The notes beneath the pieces were generated by a model. The model saw nothing but the letters and a program-made list of their open reading frames with translations, made no database searches and had not been told where the DNA came from. Shown here one piece after another: positions 10,796 through 20,561 of a stretch of 64,000 bases of DNA. The stretch comes from Myxococcales bacterium. GTDB lineage: Bacteria; Myxococcota_A; Polyangia; Polyangiales; DASUME01. Numbering within the stretch: the stretch's first letter is position 1; each line of letters opens with the position of its first letter. The position numbers and the translations under genes are program-made. The stretch covers positions 8,448,001 to 8,512,000 of the forward strand of contig JASGJH010000001.1 in the NCBI GenBank assembly GCA_047601445.1, read 5' to 3'.

Positions 10796-10836
10796 TTTTA
10801 ATGTTAGTCGATGTGACATCAAATGAGCGAGCCGCG
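10796..10836 (+). promoter_or_regulatory. TetR operator/promoter abutting the tetR start; degenerate second copy at 10688-10728
   Basis: Imperfect palindrome TTTAATGTTA-N7-TGACATCAAA running into the ATG; 41-bp similar copy 108 bp upstream. Confidence 0.6.
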
Positions 10837-11428
10837 CCCCTACAACATGAAGGCCCGCGCCGAGAGCGCGCAGGCGACGCATCTGAGCATCATCGCGGCG
10901 GCCGTTGCGCTGTTCATGGAGACGGACTGGGCCGACGTGAGCCTGGAGATGATCGCAGCGCGCGCGCAGGTGACGCTTCAGACTGTGCTGCGCCGCTTCG
11001 GTTCGAAGGCGGGGCTGTTCAGCGCCGCCGTCGAACAGGTCGCAGCCGAGGTGCAGAGCCTGCGCGTCCCCGCGCGCAAGGGCGATGCGCGCGCTGCCAT
11101 TCGTGCGCTCGTCGACTTGTACGAGAAATTCGGTGAGATGAACTGGCGCCTCTTGCGTCACGAAGCGCACGACCCAGCGCTGGCGGCCCTGCTCGATCGA
11201 GCGCGCTCGGTCCACCGCACGTGGCTGGAGGAGGTGTTCGATGTGCACCTGCCTGCGCGCGGAAAGGAGAGGGAGCGACGTCTCTCGCTGCTGTTCGCGG
11301 CGACCGATTTCTACGTATGGAAGCTTGCGCGCAAGGACCTAAAACGCAGTCGTGCCCAGGCAGAGCGAGTGATCTTCGAGCTAGTCGAAGCACTCCTGCA
11401 GCAGTTCGAGCTCAAGGAGGAGCCATGA
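10823..11428 (+). CDS. TetR/AcrR family transcriptional regulator
   Basis: N-terminal HTH SLEMIAARAQVTLQTVLRRFGSKAGL. Confidence 0.9.
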   Translation: MSEPRPYNMKARAESAQATHLSIIAAAVALFMETDWADVSLEMIAARAQVTLQTVLRRFGSKAGLFSAAVEQVAAEVQSLRVPARKGDARAAIRALVDLYEKFGEMNWRLLRHEAHDPALAALLDRARSVHRTWLEEVFDVHLPARGKERERRLSLLFAATDFYVWKLARKDLKRSRAQAERVIFELVEALLQQFELKEEP

Positions 11429-12696
11429 GGCGGCGGTTTCTGTTCGCATTGGTCGAGGGTGGAGGCAACGTGCCGCCCGTGCTCGGGTTGGCGCGACGCA
11501 TGGCGGCGCGTGGCCATCACGTGCGCGTGCTGGGCGACCCCGCGATTCTGCCCGACGCGCGCGCTTGGGGCCTCGAGTTTTCTCCCTTCGTCCACGCGCC
11601 GCACCAAAACCTGCGCAGCCTCGAGCACGATCGCCTGCGCGATTGGACGGCGCGCACGTCCATGGGGCAGCTCAAGCGCATCACGCAAGAAGTCATGTTC
11701 AGCCCGGCGCACAAGTACGCCCTCGACACACTGGCGGAGGTCGCACACTTCGAGCCCGACGTGGTGGTCGCCGACTACTGCATCCCGGGTGCCGCCATGG
11801 CAGCCGAGAAGGCGGGCGTGAAGTGCGCCGTGCTGGTGCACCATCCTTACCCCTTGCCGGCGCCGGGCGTGCCGCCGTTCGGCCTCGGACTCCGGCCAGG
11901 TCGCTCTCTGCTGAGTCGCTTGCGCGATGTGGTGCTGCGCGCATTCACCACGTTCTTCTTCAACAGGCTGGGCCTCGCACCCATCAATGCAGCGCGCAGC
12001 GCGCTCGGCTTGGAGCGCTTACACGTTGTGTTCGAACAGATGACACGCGTCCCGCGCGTGCTGGTCATGACCTCGCCCCGGTTCGACTTTGCCAGCCAGG
12101 GCGCGCTGCCCGCCTCCGTACGCTACGTGGGGCCCGCCCTGGACGATCCAGCCTGGACCGAGCCGTGTAAGTTGCTCGAAAACGCGAACGCGTCCGAGCG
12201 GCCGCTCGTGCTGGTTGGGCTCGGCTCAACGTTCCAAAACCAGAAAGCGCTGACTCAACGGGTCATCGACGCGCTCGGCGACCTGCCCGTGCGTGGCCTG
12301 GTGACGCTCGGCAACGTCTTTCAGCCTACTGAGTTTCATGCCGCTCCGAACGTGGAGGTCGTGCGCTCTGCGCCCCACGCTGCGCTGCTGCCTCACGCCC
12401 GCGTGGCGGTGGCCCACGGCGGACACGGTACCGTGATCAAAGCGCTCAGCGAGGGCGTTCCCGTGTTGTGCCTGCCGTTGGGGCGTGACCAGCATGACAA
12501 TGCCGCGCGCGTCACGCACGCTGGGGCTGGCCTGCACTTGAAGGCCACAGTGAGCACAGCGCGCATTCGGGCGGCTGTGGCGCGTCTTCTAGACGAACCC
12601 GCGTTTCGTACTTCGGCGCGAGAGCTCGCCCAGGAGATCAAGGCCTCGGTCGCCGAGGACCGTTGTGTGGGCCAGCTGGAAGAGTTGGCCAGTTAG
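11425..12696 (+). CDS. Family 1 (UDP/MGT-type) glycosyltransferase
   Basis: GGGNVPP N-terminus; HGGHGT..ALSEGVP...LPLGRDQHDNA signature; ATGA overlap with tetR. Confidence 0.9.
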   Translation: MRRRFLFALVEGGGNVPPVLGLARRMAARGHHVRVLGDPAILPDARAWGLEFSPFVHAPHQNLRSLEHDRLRDWTARTSMGQLKRITQEVMFSPAHKYALDTLAEVAHFEPDVVVADYCIPGAAMAAEKAGVKCAVLVHHPYPLPAPGVPPFGLGLRPGRSLLSRLRDVVLRAFTTFFFNRLGLAPINAARSALGLERLHVVFEQMTRVPRVLVMTSPRFDFASQGALPASVRYVGPALDDPAWTEPCKLLENANASERPLVLVGLGSTFQNQKALTQRVIDALGDLPVRGLVTLGNVFQPTEFHAAPNVEVVRSAPHAALLPHARVAVAHGGHGTVIKALSEGVPVLCLPLGRDQHDNAARVTHAGAGLHLKATVSTARIRAAVARLLDEPAFRTSARELAQEIKASVAEDRCVGQLEELAS

Positions 12697-12921
12697 GCGC
12701 AGTGCTGATCTCCAGGCATCCCGCGCGTCCACTGTAAACGGCGTGTTACGGCCCGCGGACAATGGCCGAGGATCTCCGAAGGGAGCAGCCCCCGACCTTT
12801 CCCGATAGCGGCGCGTCTATTATAAGAGACTCGATGCTGCGACCCGTGCGGAGGGCGCTTCCTTGGCCTGCTCGGTCAAGAGGGGAACTGGGTCCGCCGG
12901 TGAGCACAGCGAGGAGGAGAC

Positions 12922-14748
12922 ATGATGACCGCCGAACTTCGAGGGGGCCGACGAACGAGCTTGGTTTCGGCCACCGCAGCCCTGTTGGCCTTGGTGACGC
13001 TGAGTGCATGCGCGAGCACTCCCCCGCCCAAGAGCGTGGTCGCGGAACCCAACGTTGCGATCGAGAGGCTGCCTCGCCGGGTGACGCTCTCCGTGGTGAG
13101 CACCAACGATCTGCACGGGCGGCTGCACACGCTCCCCAGAATCGGGGGCTTCGTCGCCAATTTGCGGCGCGCTCGGGCCGCAGACGGCGGCGGGGTCATC
13201 TTGCTCGACGGTGGCGACACCTTTCAGGGCGAACTCGCGTCGAACCTGAACGAAGGCGCTGCCGTCGTCGATGCCTACAACCTGCTCGGCTACAGTGCGG
13301 CCGCGATCGGCAACCACGAGTTCGACTTCGGCCCCGTCGGTCCCTCGACCTTGGCTCGTGCGGGTGAGAATCCGCGCGGCGCGCTGATCGCACGCGCGGC
13401 CCAGGCCAAGTATCCGGTCTTGTCCTCCAATCTAGTCGACGCCGCCACGGGGCAAGCGTTCTCGGCTCCGAACATCGTGCCCTCGACCTTGCTCGACGTG
13501 GCAGGGGTGCGGGTGGGGCTGATCGGCGCGCTGACCATGGAGACCCCGCAATCGGTGCTGGCCTCCTTGTTCGAAGGCCTGAAGCTCAATCCGTTGCTGC
13601 CCTCCGTCACGCGCGAGGCCGAGAGCCTGCGTGCCCGCGGCGCAACCGTGGTCATCGTGGTCGCCCATGCCGGCGGACAGTGCACGTCCCTCGATAACCC
13701 CGACGATCTCTCGTCATGCCGAGGCGATAGCGAGATCTTCTCGCTGGCCAAGGGACTCTCGGTGGGGCTCGTGGACGCCATCGTCGCGGGACACACGCAC
13801 CAGAGGCTGGCCCACCGCGTGAACGGCATCCCCATCATCGAGGCCGGCGAGCACGGTCAAGCGCTGGCCCGGGTCGACCTTACAGTCGATGCCGAGACCG
13901 GGCGCGTGATCCGAGATCAGCTCCACATCCCGGTCGACGTCTGCCCCAGGAAAGACGAGCACGGCGCCTGCGATGCGGTCAGTTACGAGGACGCGCCGGT
14001 GGTGGACGATGCCCGTGTGTCGGCGCCAGTCGACGCGGCCCTGGCAGCGGTCGACCAGCTGCGCGAGGAAAAGCTCGGCGTCACCCTGACGGCTCCCTTC
14101 ACCAGGCCCCGTGGCGGCGAATCCGCGCTCTCGAACTTGGTGGCGGATCTGATGCGCAAAGCGCGCCCCCAGGCGGATGTCACGCTGGTCCACGCCGGCG
14201 CGCTACGAGCCGATCTGCCCGCAGGCCCGTTGCGCTACGGCTCCCTGTTCGAGATGTACCCGCGTGACAGCACGTTCGCGGTCGCCACCCTCACGGGGGC
14301 CCAGCTGACGGAGGCTCTGGTGGGCATCCTCACCGGCATCAACGGCTCCTTCGTCTCGATCTCGGGCGTACGCGCGACGGCTCGCTGCGAGGGCGAGCGT
14401 CTGGTCGTGAGCCTACGGCGTGAGAATGGCCGCCCGATTGGGTCCAACGAGTCACTGCGAGTGGCCACCAACAACGTGCTCGCGACGGGCGCCAAGGGGC
14501 CGCTGGCGGGACGGCCGTGGAGCGTGGAGGACGGTCCTCCCATTCGTGAAGAGCTAGCGCGTCTCCTGCGGAAGCAAGGCGGCAGCCTTTCGGCCACCGA
14601 CCCGGCGCTCTTCAATCCGGCGAAGCCGCGCGTGAGCTTGCCGTCTCCGGCGCCCCTTTTGTGCCCCACTCAAGGCGGCCCCGTGCCCGTGAGCGAGGGC
14701 GAGGATGCCAGGCCAATTCCCAGCGAGAAGGTCGCCGCGGGCGGCTGA
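12922..14748 (+). CDS. Bifunctional metallophosphatase/5'-nucleotidase lipoprotein
   Basis: TNDLHG, LDGGDTFQG, IGNHEFDFG and AGHTH motifs; lipobox LSAC; GGAGGAG RBS. Confidence 0.9.
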   Translation: MMTAELRGGRRTSLVSATAALLALVTLSACASTPPPKSVVAEPNVAIERLPRRVTLSVVSTNDLHGRLHTLPRIGGFVANLRRARAADGGGVILLDGGDTFQGELASNLNEGAAVVDAYNLLGYSAAAIGNHEFDFGPVGPSTLARAGENPRGALIARAAQAKYPVLSSNLVDAATGQAFSAPNIVPSTLLDVAGVRVGLIGALTMETPQSVLASLFEGLKLNPLLPSVTREAESLRARGATVVIVVAHAGGQCTSLDNPDDLSSCRGDSEIFSLAKGLSVGLVDAIVAGHTHQRLAHRVNGIPIIEAGEHGQALARVDLTVDAETGRVIRDQLHIPVDVCPRKDEHGACDAVSYEDAPVVDDARVSAPVDAALAAVDQLREEKLGVTLTAPFTRPRGGESALSNLVADLMRKARPQADVTLVHAGALRADLPAGPLRYGSLFEMYPRDSTFAVATLTGAQLTEALVGILTGINGSFVSISGVRATARCEGERLVVSLRRENGRPIGSNESLRVATNNVLATGAKGPLAGRPWSVEDGPPIREELARLLRKQGGSLSATDPALFNPAKPRVSLPSPAPLLCPTQGGPVPVSEGEDARPIPSEKVAAGG

Positions 14749-14793
14749 GTAGCAGCCTTTACTCGGGCGTGATGGGCACGCTACAAACCCGCC

Positions 14794-16701
14794 ATGACGG
14801 GGATCAAGGAGCTACGGGAGCGTTCGCTACGGGAGCCGGAGGCATTCTGGCTCGAGGCCGCGCAGGTCCTCGACTGGGAGAGGGCGCCCCGGCAGGCGCT
14901 CGATGCGAGCAACCCGCCGTTCTACCGCTGGTTTCCCGACGCGACGCTCAACACCTGCCACAACGCGCTCGACCGGCACGTGGAGCGAGGACGCGGTGAG
15001 CAGCTCGCCCTGATCCATGACTCCCCCGTCACCGGCCAGATCAACAAGTTCACGTTTCGAGAACTTCGAGACCTCACGGCGCGCTTCGCGGGGGTGCTGG
15101 CAGGGCAGGGGGTCACGCGCGGCGATCGCGTGATCATCTACATGCCCATGATCCCCGAGACGGTTATCGCCATGCTCGCGTGCGCGCGCCTCGGCGCGGT
15201 GCACTCCGTGGTGTTCGGTGGATTTGCCGCACCGGAGCTCGCGACGCGCATCGACGACGCGCAGCCGAAGGTGATCGTGGCGGCCTCTTGCGGTATCGAG
15301 GCGCAGCGGGTCGTGCCGTACAAGCCCTTGGTCGACGCTGCCATCGCGCTCGCCAAGCACAAGCCCGCGCGCTGCATCGTCAAGCAACGGCCTCAATGTG
15401 TGGCGAGCCTCGAAGCAGGCCGCGATCTCGCGTGGGACGACGAGATGAAGGTCGCGACGCCCCACGCCTGCGTAGCGGTGCAGGCCACCGACCCCCTCTA
15501 CATCCTCTACACCTCCGGCACCACGGGCCAACCCAAGGGCGTCGTGCGCGACAACGGCGGACATGCCGTGGCCCTGGCGTGGTCGATGCAGCACGTCTAC
15601 GGCGTCGCGCCAGGCGAGGTGTTCTGGGCCGCCTCCGACGTGGGCTGGGTCGTCGGTCACAGCTACATCGTCTATGGCCCCCTGCTCCATGGCAACACCA
15701 CCGTGCTCTTCGAGGGCAAGCCGGTCGGGACCCCGGACGCCGGCGCGTTCTGGCGCGTGATCGAGGCCCACGGCGTGTGCACCTTCTTCACCGCCCCCAC
15801 CGCCTTTCGCGCGATCAAGAAGGAAGACCCCGAGGGCAAGCTGCTCCACAAGTACGGCCGCTCGAAGCTCCGTGCCCTGTTTCTCGCAGGGGAGCGCTCC
15901 GATCCGGCCACGCTGGCGTGGGCCGAGCAACAGCTCCACGTGCCGGTGGTGGACCACTACTGGCAAACCGAGAGCGGCTGGCCCATGGTCGCCAACTGCC
16001 TGGGCATCGAGCGCCTCCCCGTCAAGCACGGATCCCCTACCGTGGCCGTCCCCGGCTACGACCTGCGCGTGCTCGACGACCAAGCGAACGAAGTGCCCGC
16101 GGGCACCATGGGCGCGCTGGCCCTGAAGCTGCCCTTGCCACCCGGCACCTTGCCCACTTTGTGGAACGCCGAGCAGCGCTTCGTCGACGCCTACCTGAAG
16201 GAGTTTCCGGGCTTCTACAAGACCGCCGACGCGGGCTACGTGGATGAAGAAGGTTACGTGTACGTCATGGCGCGCACCGATGACATCATCAACGTCGCGG
16301 GCCATCGCCTGTCCACCGGCGCGATGGAGGAAGTGCTCGCGAGCCATCCGGCGGTCGCCGAGTGTGCGGTGTTCGGTGTGGCCGACGAACTCAAGGGCGA
16401 ACTGCCTCTGGGGTTGTGCGTGCTGCGTGACGGCAGCAGCCACACGCCGGAGCAGGCGATGCGCGAGGTGGTGGAGCTCGTGCGCCAGGCCATCGGACCC
16501 GTGGCGAGCTTCAAACTCGTGACGGTGGTCAAGCGCTTGCCCAAGACGCGCTCCGGCAAAATCCTGCGCAGCACCATGAAGCACATCGCAGACGGCGAGC
16601 CCTACAAGACGCCCGCGACGATCGAGGACCCGGCGGTGCTCGACGAGATCGCGCAGGCGCTTGCGGGGCTTGGGTATGCGAAAGCGCGCGCTGGGCTGTA
16701 A
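14794..16701 (+). CDS. prpE: Propionyl-CoA synthetase (acetate/propionate-CoA ligase)
   Basis: YTSGTTGQPKG, ASDVGWVVGHSY, DHYWQTESG, INVAGHRLSTGAMEE and LPKTRSGKILR. Confidence 0.88.
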   Translation: MTGIKELRERSLREPEAFWLEAAQVLDWERAPRQALDASNPPFYRWFPDATLNTCHNALDRHVERGRGEQLALIHDSPVTGQINKFTFRELRDLTARFAGVLAGQGVTRGDRVIIYMPMIPETVIAMLACARLGAVHSVVFGGFAAPELATRIDDAQPKVIVAASCGIEAQRVVPYKPLVDAAIALAKHKPARCIVKQRPQCVASLEAGRDLAWDDEMKVATPHACVAVQATDPLYILYTSGTTGQPKGVVRDNGGHAVALAWSMQHVYGVAPGEVFWAASDVGWVVGHSYIVYGPLLHGNTTVLFEGKPVGTPDAGAFWRVIEAHGVCTFFTAPTAFRAIKKEDPEGKLLHKYGRSKLRALFLAGERSDPATLAWAEQQLHVPVVDHYWQTESGWPMVANCLGIERLPVKHGSPTVAVPGYDLRVLDDQANEVPAGTMGALALKLPLPPGTLPTLWNAEQRFVDAYLKEFPGFYKTADAGYVDEEGYVYVMARTDDIINVAGHRLSTGAMEEVLASHPAVAECAVFGVADELKGELPLGLCVLRDGSSHTPEQAMREVVELVRQAIGPVASFKLVTVVKRLPKTRSGKILRSTMKHIADGEPYKTPATIEDPAVLDEIAQALAGLGYAKARAGL

Positions 16702-16864
16702 AAAGGCCAGGGCGATCTCTCGATCAGCGCGGCCTTACCTCGGATTGATATTCAGGCGAGAAGGCAACACTCAGGCCGAAGCTGAGTTCCTCGCGCGACT
16801 CGAGCAGTCCACCTTCCGACACGGGAAAGTCGACGATCCCGGTCTTCGTGAAGCTGCGTGACGT

Positions 16865-17809
16865 CTATTCCGCCAGCTGCAAGGCACTCTCCACCGCTCG
16901 TGGCGCCGTTCGAATCGCGGTCTCGAGTACGCCGAGGCGGCGTCGCGGGTCCATCAGATTGATGCCGAAGGCAGCGATGTCTTCGTTGCTGGGGTCGAGG
17001 CGGATCACGCGGATCTTCGCAGCCTGCAGAGCCTTCACTTCGCGATCGACGATGCGCGTCATGTGCATGCGGAGCGCCTCGGCGAAGGGGTTGCGGCGCG
17101 CGCCGCCGCTGGCAGGCTCGCGGGCGGCCATGGGGGCGAGCACGATGGCTTCGGTGATATCGCTTCCGAGCAGCAAGTCGGCCGAGGTCGGCGAGACCAC
17201 GCCACCGTCCACGTAGGTCCTCTCGCCGATGCGAATCGGGGTGTACCAGCCGGGCACCGCATAGGAGGCACTGACGGCGGAGCTGATGGACGCCAGCGGT
17301 GAGCCCGGCTTGCCGAACGCCACGCGCTCGCCCGAGTCCACGTCGGCGACCATGATCCACGTAGCCTTGTGAGAGACCCAGCGCTGCTCTGGAAGCACGC
17401 GCGCGAACAAACGCTCGAAGGAAGCAAAGCCCGCGCGTCCTTCGGGCAACAGTCCGGTGAACGCCGTGGCCAACGAGACGCGCCCACGCATCACACCCGA
17501 CCAGAATCTGGGCGCCGTGAAGCGAAGCGAGGGAACCGGCGGTCGGCCGCTGCCCCAATCACGCGCGTGGTCCCAACAGTCTGCTTCGAGTTCTCCGCGC
17601 TGGCTCTTCATGAGTTGTGATACGGAAACACCCGCACCGAGCAGCGCGGCCGCGAGTGCGCCGGCCGAGGTCCCGATGAGCACGTCGGCCTCCCGTGCGT
17701 CCCAACCGAGTACCCGTTCGAGCTCCGACAGCGTGGCAGTGGTCCAGGCCGCGCCCGCCACGCCGCCACAGCCGAGCACCAAAGCACGCTTCTTCGCTTT
17801 CGCTTCCAT
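16865..17809 (-). CDS. Patatin-like phospholipase
   Basis: LGCGG, GTSAG nucleophile elbow, YVDGG. Confidence 0.9.
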   Translation of the reverse strand: MEAKAKKRALVLGCGGVAGAAWTTATLSELERVLGWDAREADVLIGTSAGALAAALLGAGVSVSQLMKSQRGELEADCWDHARDWGSGRPPVPSLRFTAPRFWSGVMRGRVSLATAFTGLLPEGRAGFASFERLFARVLPEQRWVSHKATWIMVADVDSGERVAFGKPGSPLASISSAVSASYAVPGWYTPIRIGERTYVDGGVVSPTSADLLLGSDITEAIVLAPMAAREPASGGARRNPFAEALRMHMTRIVDREVKALQAAKIRVIRLDPSNEDIAAFGINLMDPRRRLGVLETAIRTAPRAVESALQLAE

Positions 17810-17957
17810 GGCCTGCTTGTAGCGGACACGGCGTCGTTCGTCCTGCCCTGCGCCCCGTGAGACTCACCCCAGCCTCGGGACTGGCAGTGTTGACGTGCGC
17901 GAACGCACCTCGGTATCGTGTCCCTCTGGTCTGGAACAAGCCAGACCTCGGAGGACC

Positions 17958-18092
17958 ATGAGCGACCCTACCAACAGTGACCCTAGCAAGATCAAGCTAC
18001 CCACCAAGCCCGCCGGTATCAGGTCTAACGCCAACGCTAACGTGGTGCGCGTGAAGCCGTCCGTAAAGAAGCCGATCTGGTCCGGACGCTGA
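17958..18092 (+). CDS. 44-aa small protein, candidate RiPP precursor peptide
   Basis: GGAGGA RBS immediately before the ATG; MSDPTNSDPSKIKLPTKPAGIRSNANANVVRVKPSVKKPIWSGR; same strand as ycaO-tfuA, about 1.25 kb upstream. Confidence 0.5.
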   Translation: MSDPTNSDPSKIKLPTKPAGIRSNANANVVRVKPSVKKPIWSGR

Positions 18093-19287
18093 GTTCGTTC
18101 TTGGGTCGGGCACCCGAGGCCATGCTTCGAGACGTCCGGCCTGTGCGTCCTGGCCCGCGCGTTCGCTTGCGCTCCCTCGGGCGCGCCAGCGAACCGCGGA
18201 GGCGCTCCAACAGGAGCTGATGGTTTTCTCGGCAGGCGGTTACGCTCGGGTGCTTGTCGCCGAGCGTCGCGCGGAAAACGCGCAGAGCCTCCTCGCTCAA
18301 CGGCAGCGCTCGGCGGAGCAGGCCTCGCTCTTGATAGAGGGCAGCGAGGTTGTTCAGGATCAAGCAGAGTGTCGGGTCTGCCTCATGGGTGGCCTTCTTC
18401 AGCGCGAGCGCGCGCCGATAGTATCTCAATGCTTCTGCAGGCCGTCCGCTGCGGTGCAAGAGTGCGCCAAAGTTGGCGAGCTGAAAGGCCAGTTGCGGAT
18501 GGTGCACTCCGTAGATCCGTTGCAGCGCCGCGATGGCCTCGCGATAGAGTCGTTCGGCTTCGCGACGCTCCCCGCAGGCGTCGAGGATGGCCGCCAAGCC
18601 AGCCGCCGTATGAGCGACGTCAGGGTGCCTTGGACCGAGGGCGCGGCGTCGGATTGCAAGCGCGCGCCGTGCGGGCGGCAAGGCGCGCCGGAAGTGCCCG
18701 CGCGCGTGGGCCAGGCCTCCGAGGTTGTGATAGATGCCGCCGAGCCGCAGATCATGCTCATCAACCTGGGGCTTGAGGATTGCCAGGGCTCGTCTGTAGG
18801 CCGTTCCCGCTTCGTTGAAAGCTCCCATGTACTTGCAGACCACGCCCAGTTCGTTGTGCAGGGCGGCCACCGTCGGGTCTCTGGGGCCCAGTGCACGCTC
18901 GGCAAAGAGCAACGCGCGCTGAAGCCGACTCTTGGCGCGGCGGTAGCGCGCTTGACGGCGTTCGAGGTCGGCCAGGTAGAGCTGGACCTGAACGCGCAGC
19001 TGCAGACGCTCGGTTCCTTTTCGGACGCGTCGGCTGAGCTGAGCCGCGCGGGTGCCATGACGATGGGCTTCATCCAGATCGCCAAGGCCGCCGAGCGCAT
19101 TCATCGACGTCATCAGCACATTGACGAGCTCCGGCGAGGACGGGCCGAAAGCGAGCTCGCAGCGCTGCAGGGCGCCCAGGGCCAGGCGGACCGACTCCTG
19201 ATACTGACCGGCCTCGAGTGCTTGCTCAGCGCGCTCGAGCCAGCGGGCGGTCGATCGTTGAAGAGCTTGGTTTGGAATGATGCTCAT
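18037..19287 (-). CDS. Tetratricopeptide repeat protein (kinesin-light-chain-type repeats)
   Basis: Repeats LGPRDPTVAALHNELG, YHNLGGL, LGPRHPDVA, LNNLAALY, LGDKHPSV; start at ATG 19287. Confidence 0.85.
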   Translation of the reverse strand: MSIIPNQALQRSTARWLERAEQALEAGQYQESVRLALGALQRCELAFGPSSPELVNVLMTSMNALGGLGDLDEAHRHGTRAAQLSRRVRKGTERLQLRVQVQLYLADLERRQARYRRAKSRLQRALLFAERALGPRDPTVAALHNELGVVCKYMGAFNEAGTAYRRALAILKPQVDEHDLRLGGIYHNLGGLAHARGHFRRALPPARRALAIRRRALGPRHPDVAHTAAGLAAILDACGERREAERLYREAIAALQRIYGVHHPQLAFQLANFGALLHRSGRPAEALRYYRRALALKKATHEADPTLCLILNNLAALYQERGLLRRALPLSEEALRVFRATLGDKHPSVTACRENHQLLLERLRGSLARPRERKRTRGPGRTGRTSRSMASGARPKNELSVRTRSASLRTASRAPR

Positions 19288-19346
19288 AGAGTGTCCAGTT
19301 GCGGGGCATCCCCACGCGTTCACCAAGAAAGATGGGTCGTTGCGAC

Positions 19347-20561
19347 ATGCGTATTTTCGATCGCGAGTATTCGGCAGAAAAGCACTATCTTGCGGGCACC
19401 CATCGATCGCGTAGCCCCGCGCAGACGGTGGCGGCGATGCGGCGCCACATGCCTCGCATGGGCATTACGCGGCTTGCCAACGTGACCGGACTCGACCACG
19501 TGGGGATTCCGGTGTTCGTTTCGGTCCGTCCAAACTCGCTGTCCCTGGCCACCGCGCAGGGCAAGGGCGTGGATGTCGATTCGGCGCGCGCCTCGGCGTT
19601 GATGGAGTCCGTCGAGGGCTGGCACGCGGAACACATCGAGCTGCCGCTACGCTGGGATTCGTACCAACGCTTGCGTCGCCAGGCCCCGGTGGTCGATGTA
19701 GATAGGCTGGCCCTCGTCAACCCGGTAAACCACGCGCTGGCGCGAGGCTGGTTGGAGGGGTGGGACCTCATCGGAGGCTGCTCGACATGGGTGCCCTACG
19801 ACGTGGTGACCACGGACTACGTCGCGGGAACCCGCAGCGAGTTCCTGCAAACGAGCAATGGCCTCGCATCGGGAAACCACCTCCTTGAAGCGGCCGTCCA
19901 TGGCCTGTGCGAACTGATTGAGCGCGACGCCGAAGCGCTGTGGCACGCCAACGCCGACTTGCGTGCTGTCGACCTGACGTGCATCGAAGAACCATACTGC
20001 GCGGCGCTCTTGACGCGGCTGCGGCGTGCGGAGCTCTTCGTGGCGGCCTGGGAGATGACGTCAGACCTGGGCATTCCCGCGTTCGGTTGCCTGGTGATGA
20101 ACACGCCCGAACAGAACCGGTGGCGTGTCGAAGGGCTCCACTACGGCTACGGCTGCCATCTTGAGCCCGCGGTCGCCCTCTCGCGTGCCATCTCCGAGGC
20201 TGTGCAGACACGGCTGACCTACATCGCAGGCAGTCGCGACGACCTGCGCAAGAGCGACTACCTCGGCACGCGCAACCCGGACCATCTTCGCGAGGCGTAC
20301 GACGAGTTGCGGGCGATGGCGCCGAACCGTCGCCTGTCGGACATGGCCTCCCTCGCGACCAGGACCTTCGAAGGCGATCTGGAAGTGTTGCTCGATGCCG
20401 TACGCAGGGCGGGCCTGCCGCAGGCAATCCTGGTCGATCTTGGCAAACCGGAGCTGGAGATGGCCGTGGTGCGCATGGTGGTACCGGACCTGATGACCTG
20501 CGACGCAGTGCTACCGATGAACCGCTTGCCGGCGAGCCGCGCTGCCATGGGAGGTGTGTGA
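19347..20561 (+). CDS. ycaO: YcaO-family ATP-dependent amide-activating enzyme (TfuA-associated, thioamide-forming type)
   Basis: GITRLANVTGLD, QGKG..ARASALMESVE, SNGLASGN..EAAVHGLCELIERDA, EAVQTRLTYIAGSRDD. Confidence 0.93.
   Translation: MRIFDREYSAEKHYLAGTHRSRSPAQTVAAMRRHMPRMGITRLANVTGLDHVGIPVFVSVRPNSLSLATAQGKGVDVDSARASALMESVEGWHAEHIELPLRWDSYQRLRRQAPVVDVDRLALVNPVNHALARGWLEGWDLIGGCSTWVPYDVVTTDYVAGTRSEFLQTSNGLASGNHLLEAAVHGLCELIERDAEALWHANADLRAVDLTCIEEPYCAALLTRLRRAELFVAAWEMTSDLGIPAFGCLVMNTPEQNRWRVEGLHYGYGCHLEPAVALSRAISEAVQTRLTYIAGSRDDLRKSDYLGTRNPDHLREAYDELRAMAPNRRLSDMASLATRTFEGDLEVLLDAVRRAGLPQAILVDLGKPELEMAVVRMVVPDLMTCDAVLPMNRLPASRAAMGGV

Noticed and set aside
14827..16584. 585-aa minus-strand ORF
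   Set aside because: Antisense shadow of prpE, typical of high-GC DNA
18220..19485. 421-aa plus-strand ORF between the small peptide and ycaO
   Set aside because: Shadow of the minus-strand TPR gene, which has clear repeats; it also overlaps ycaO out of frame
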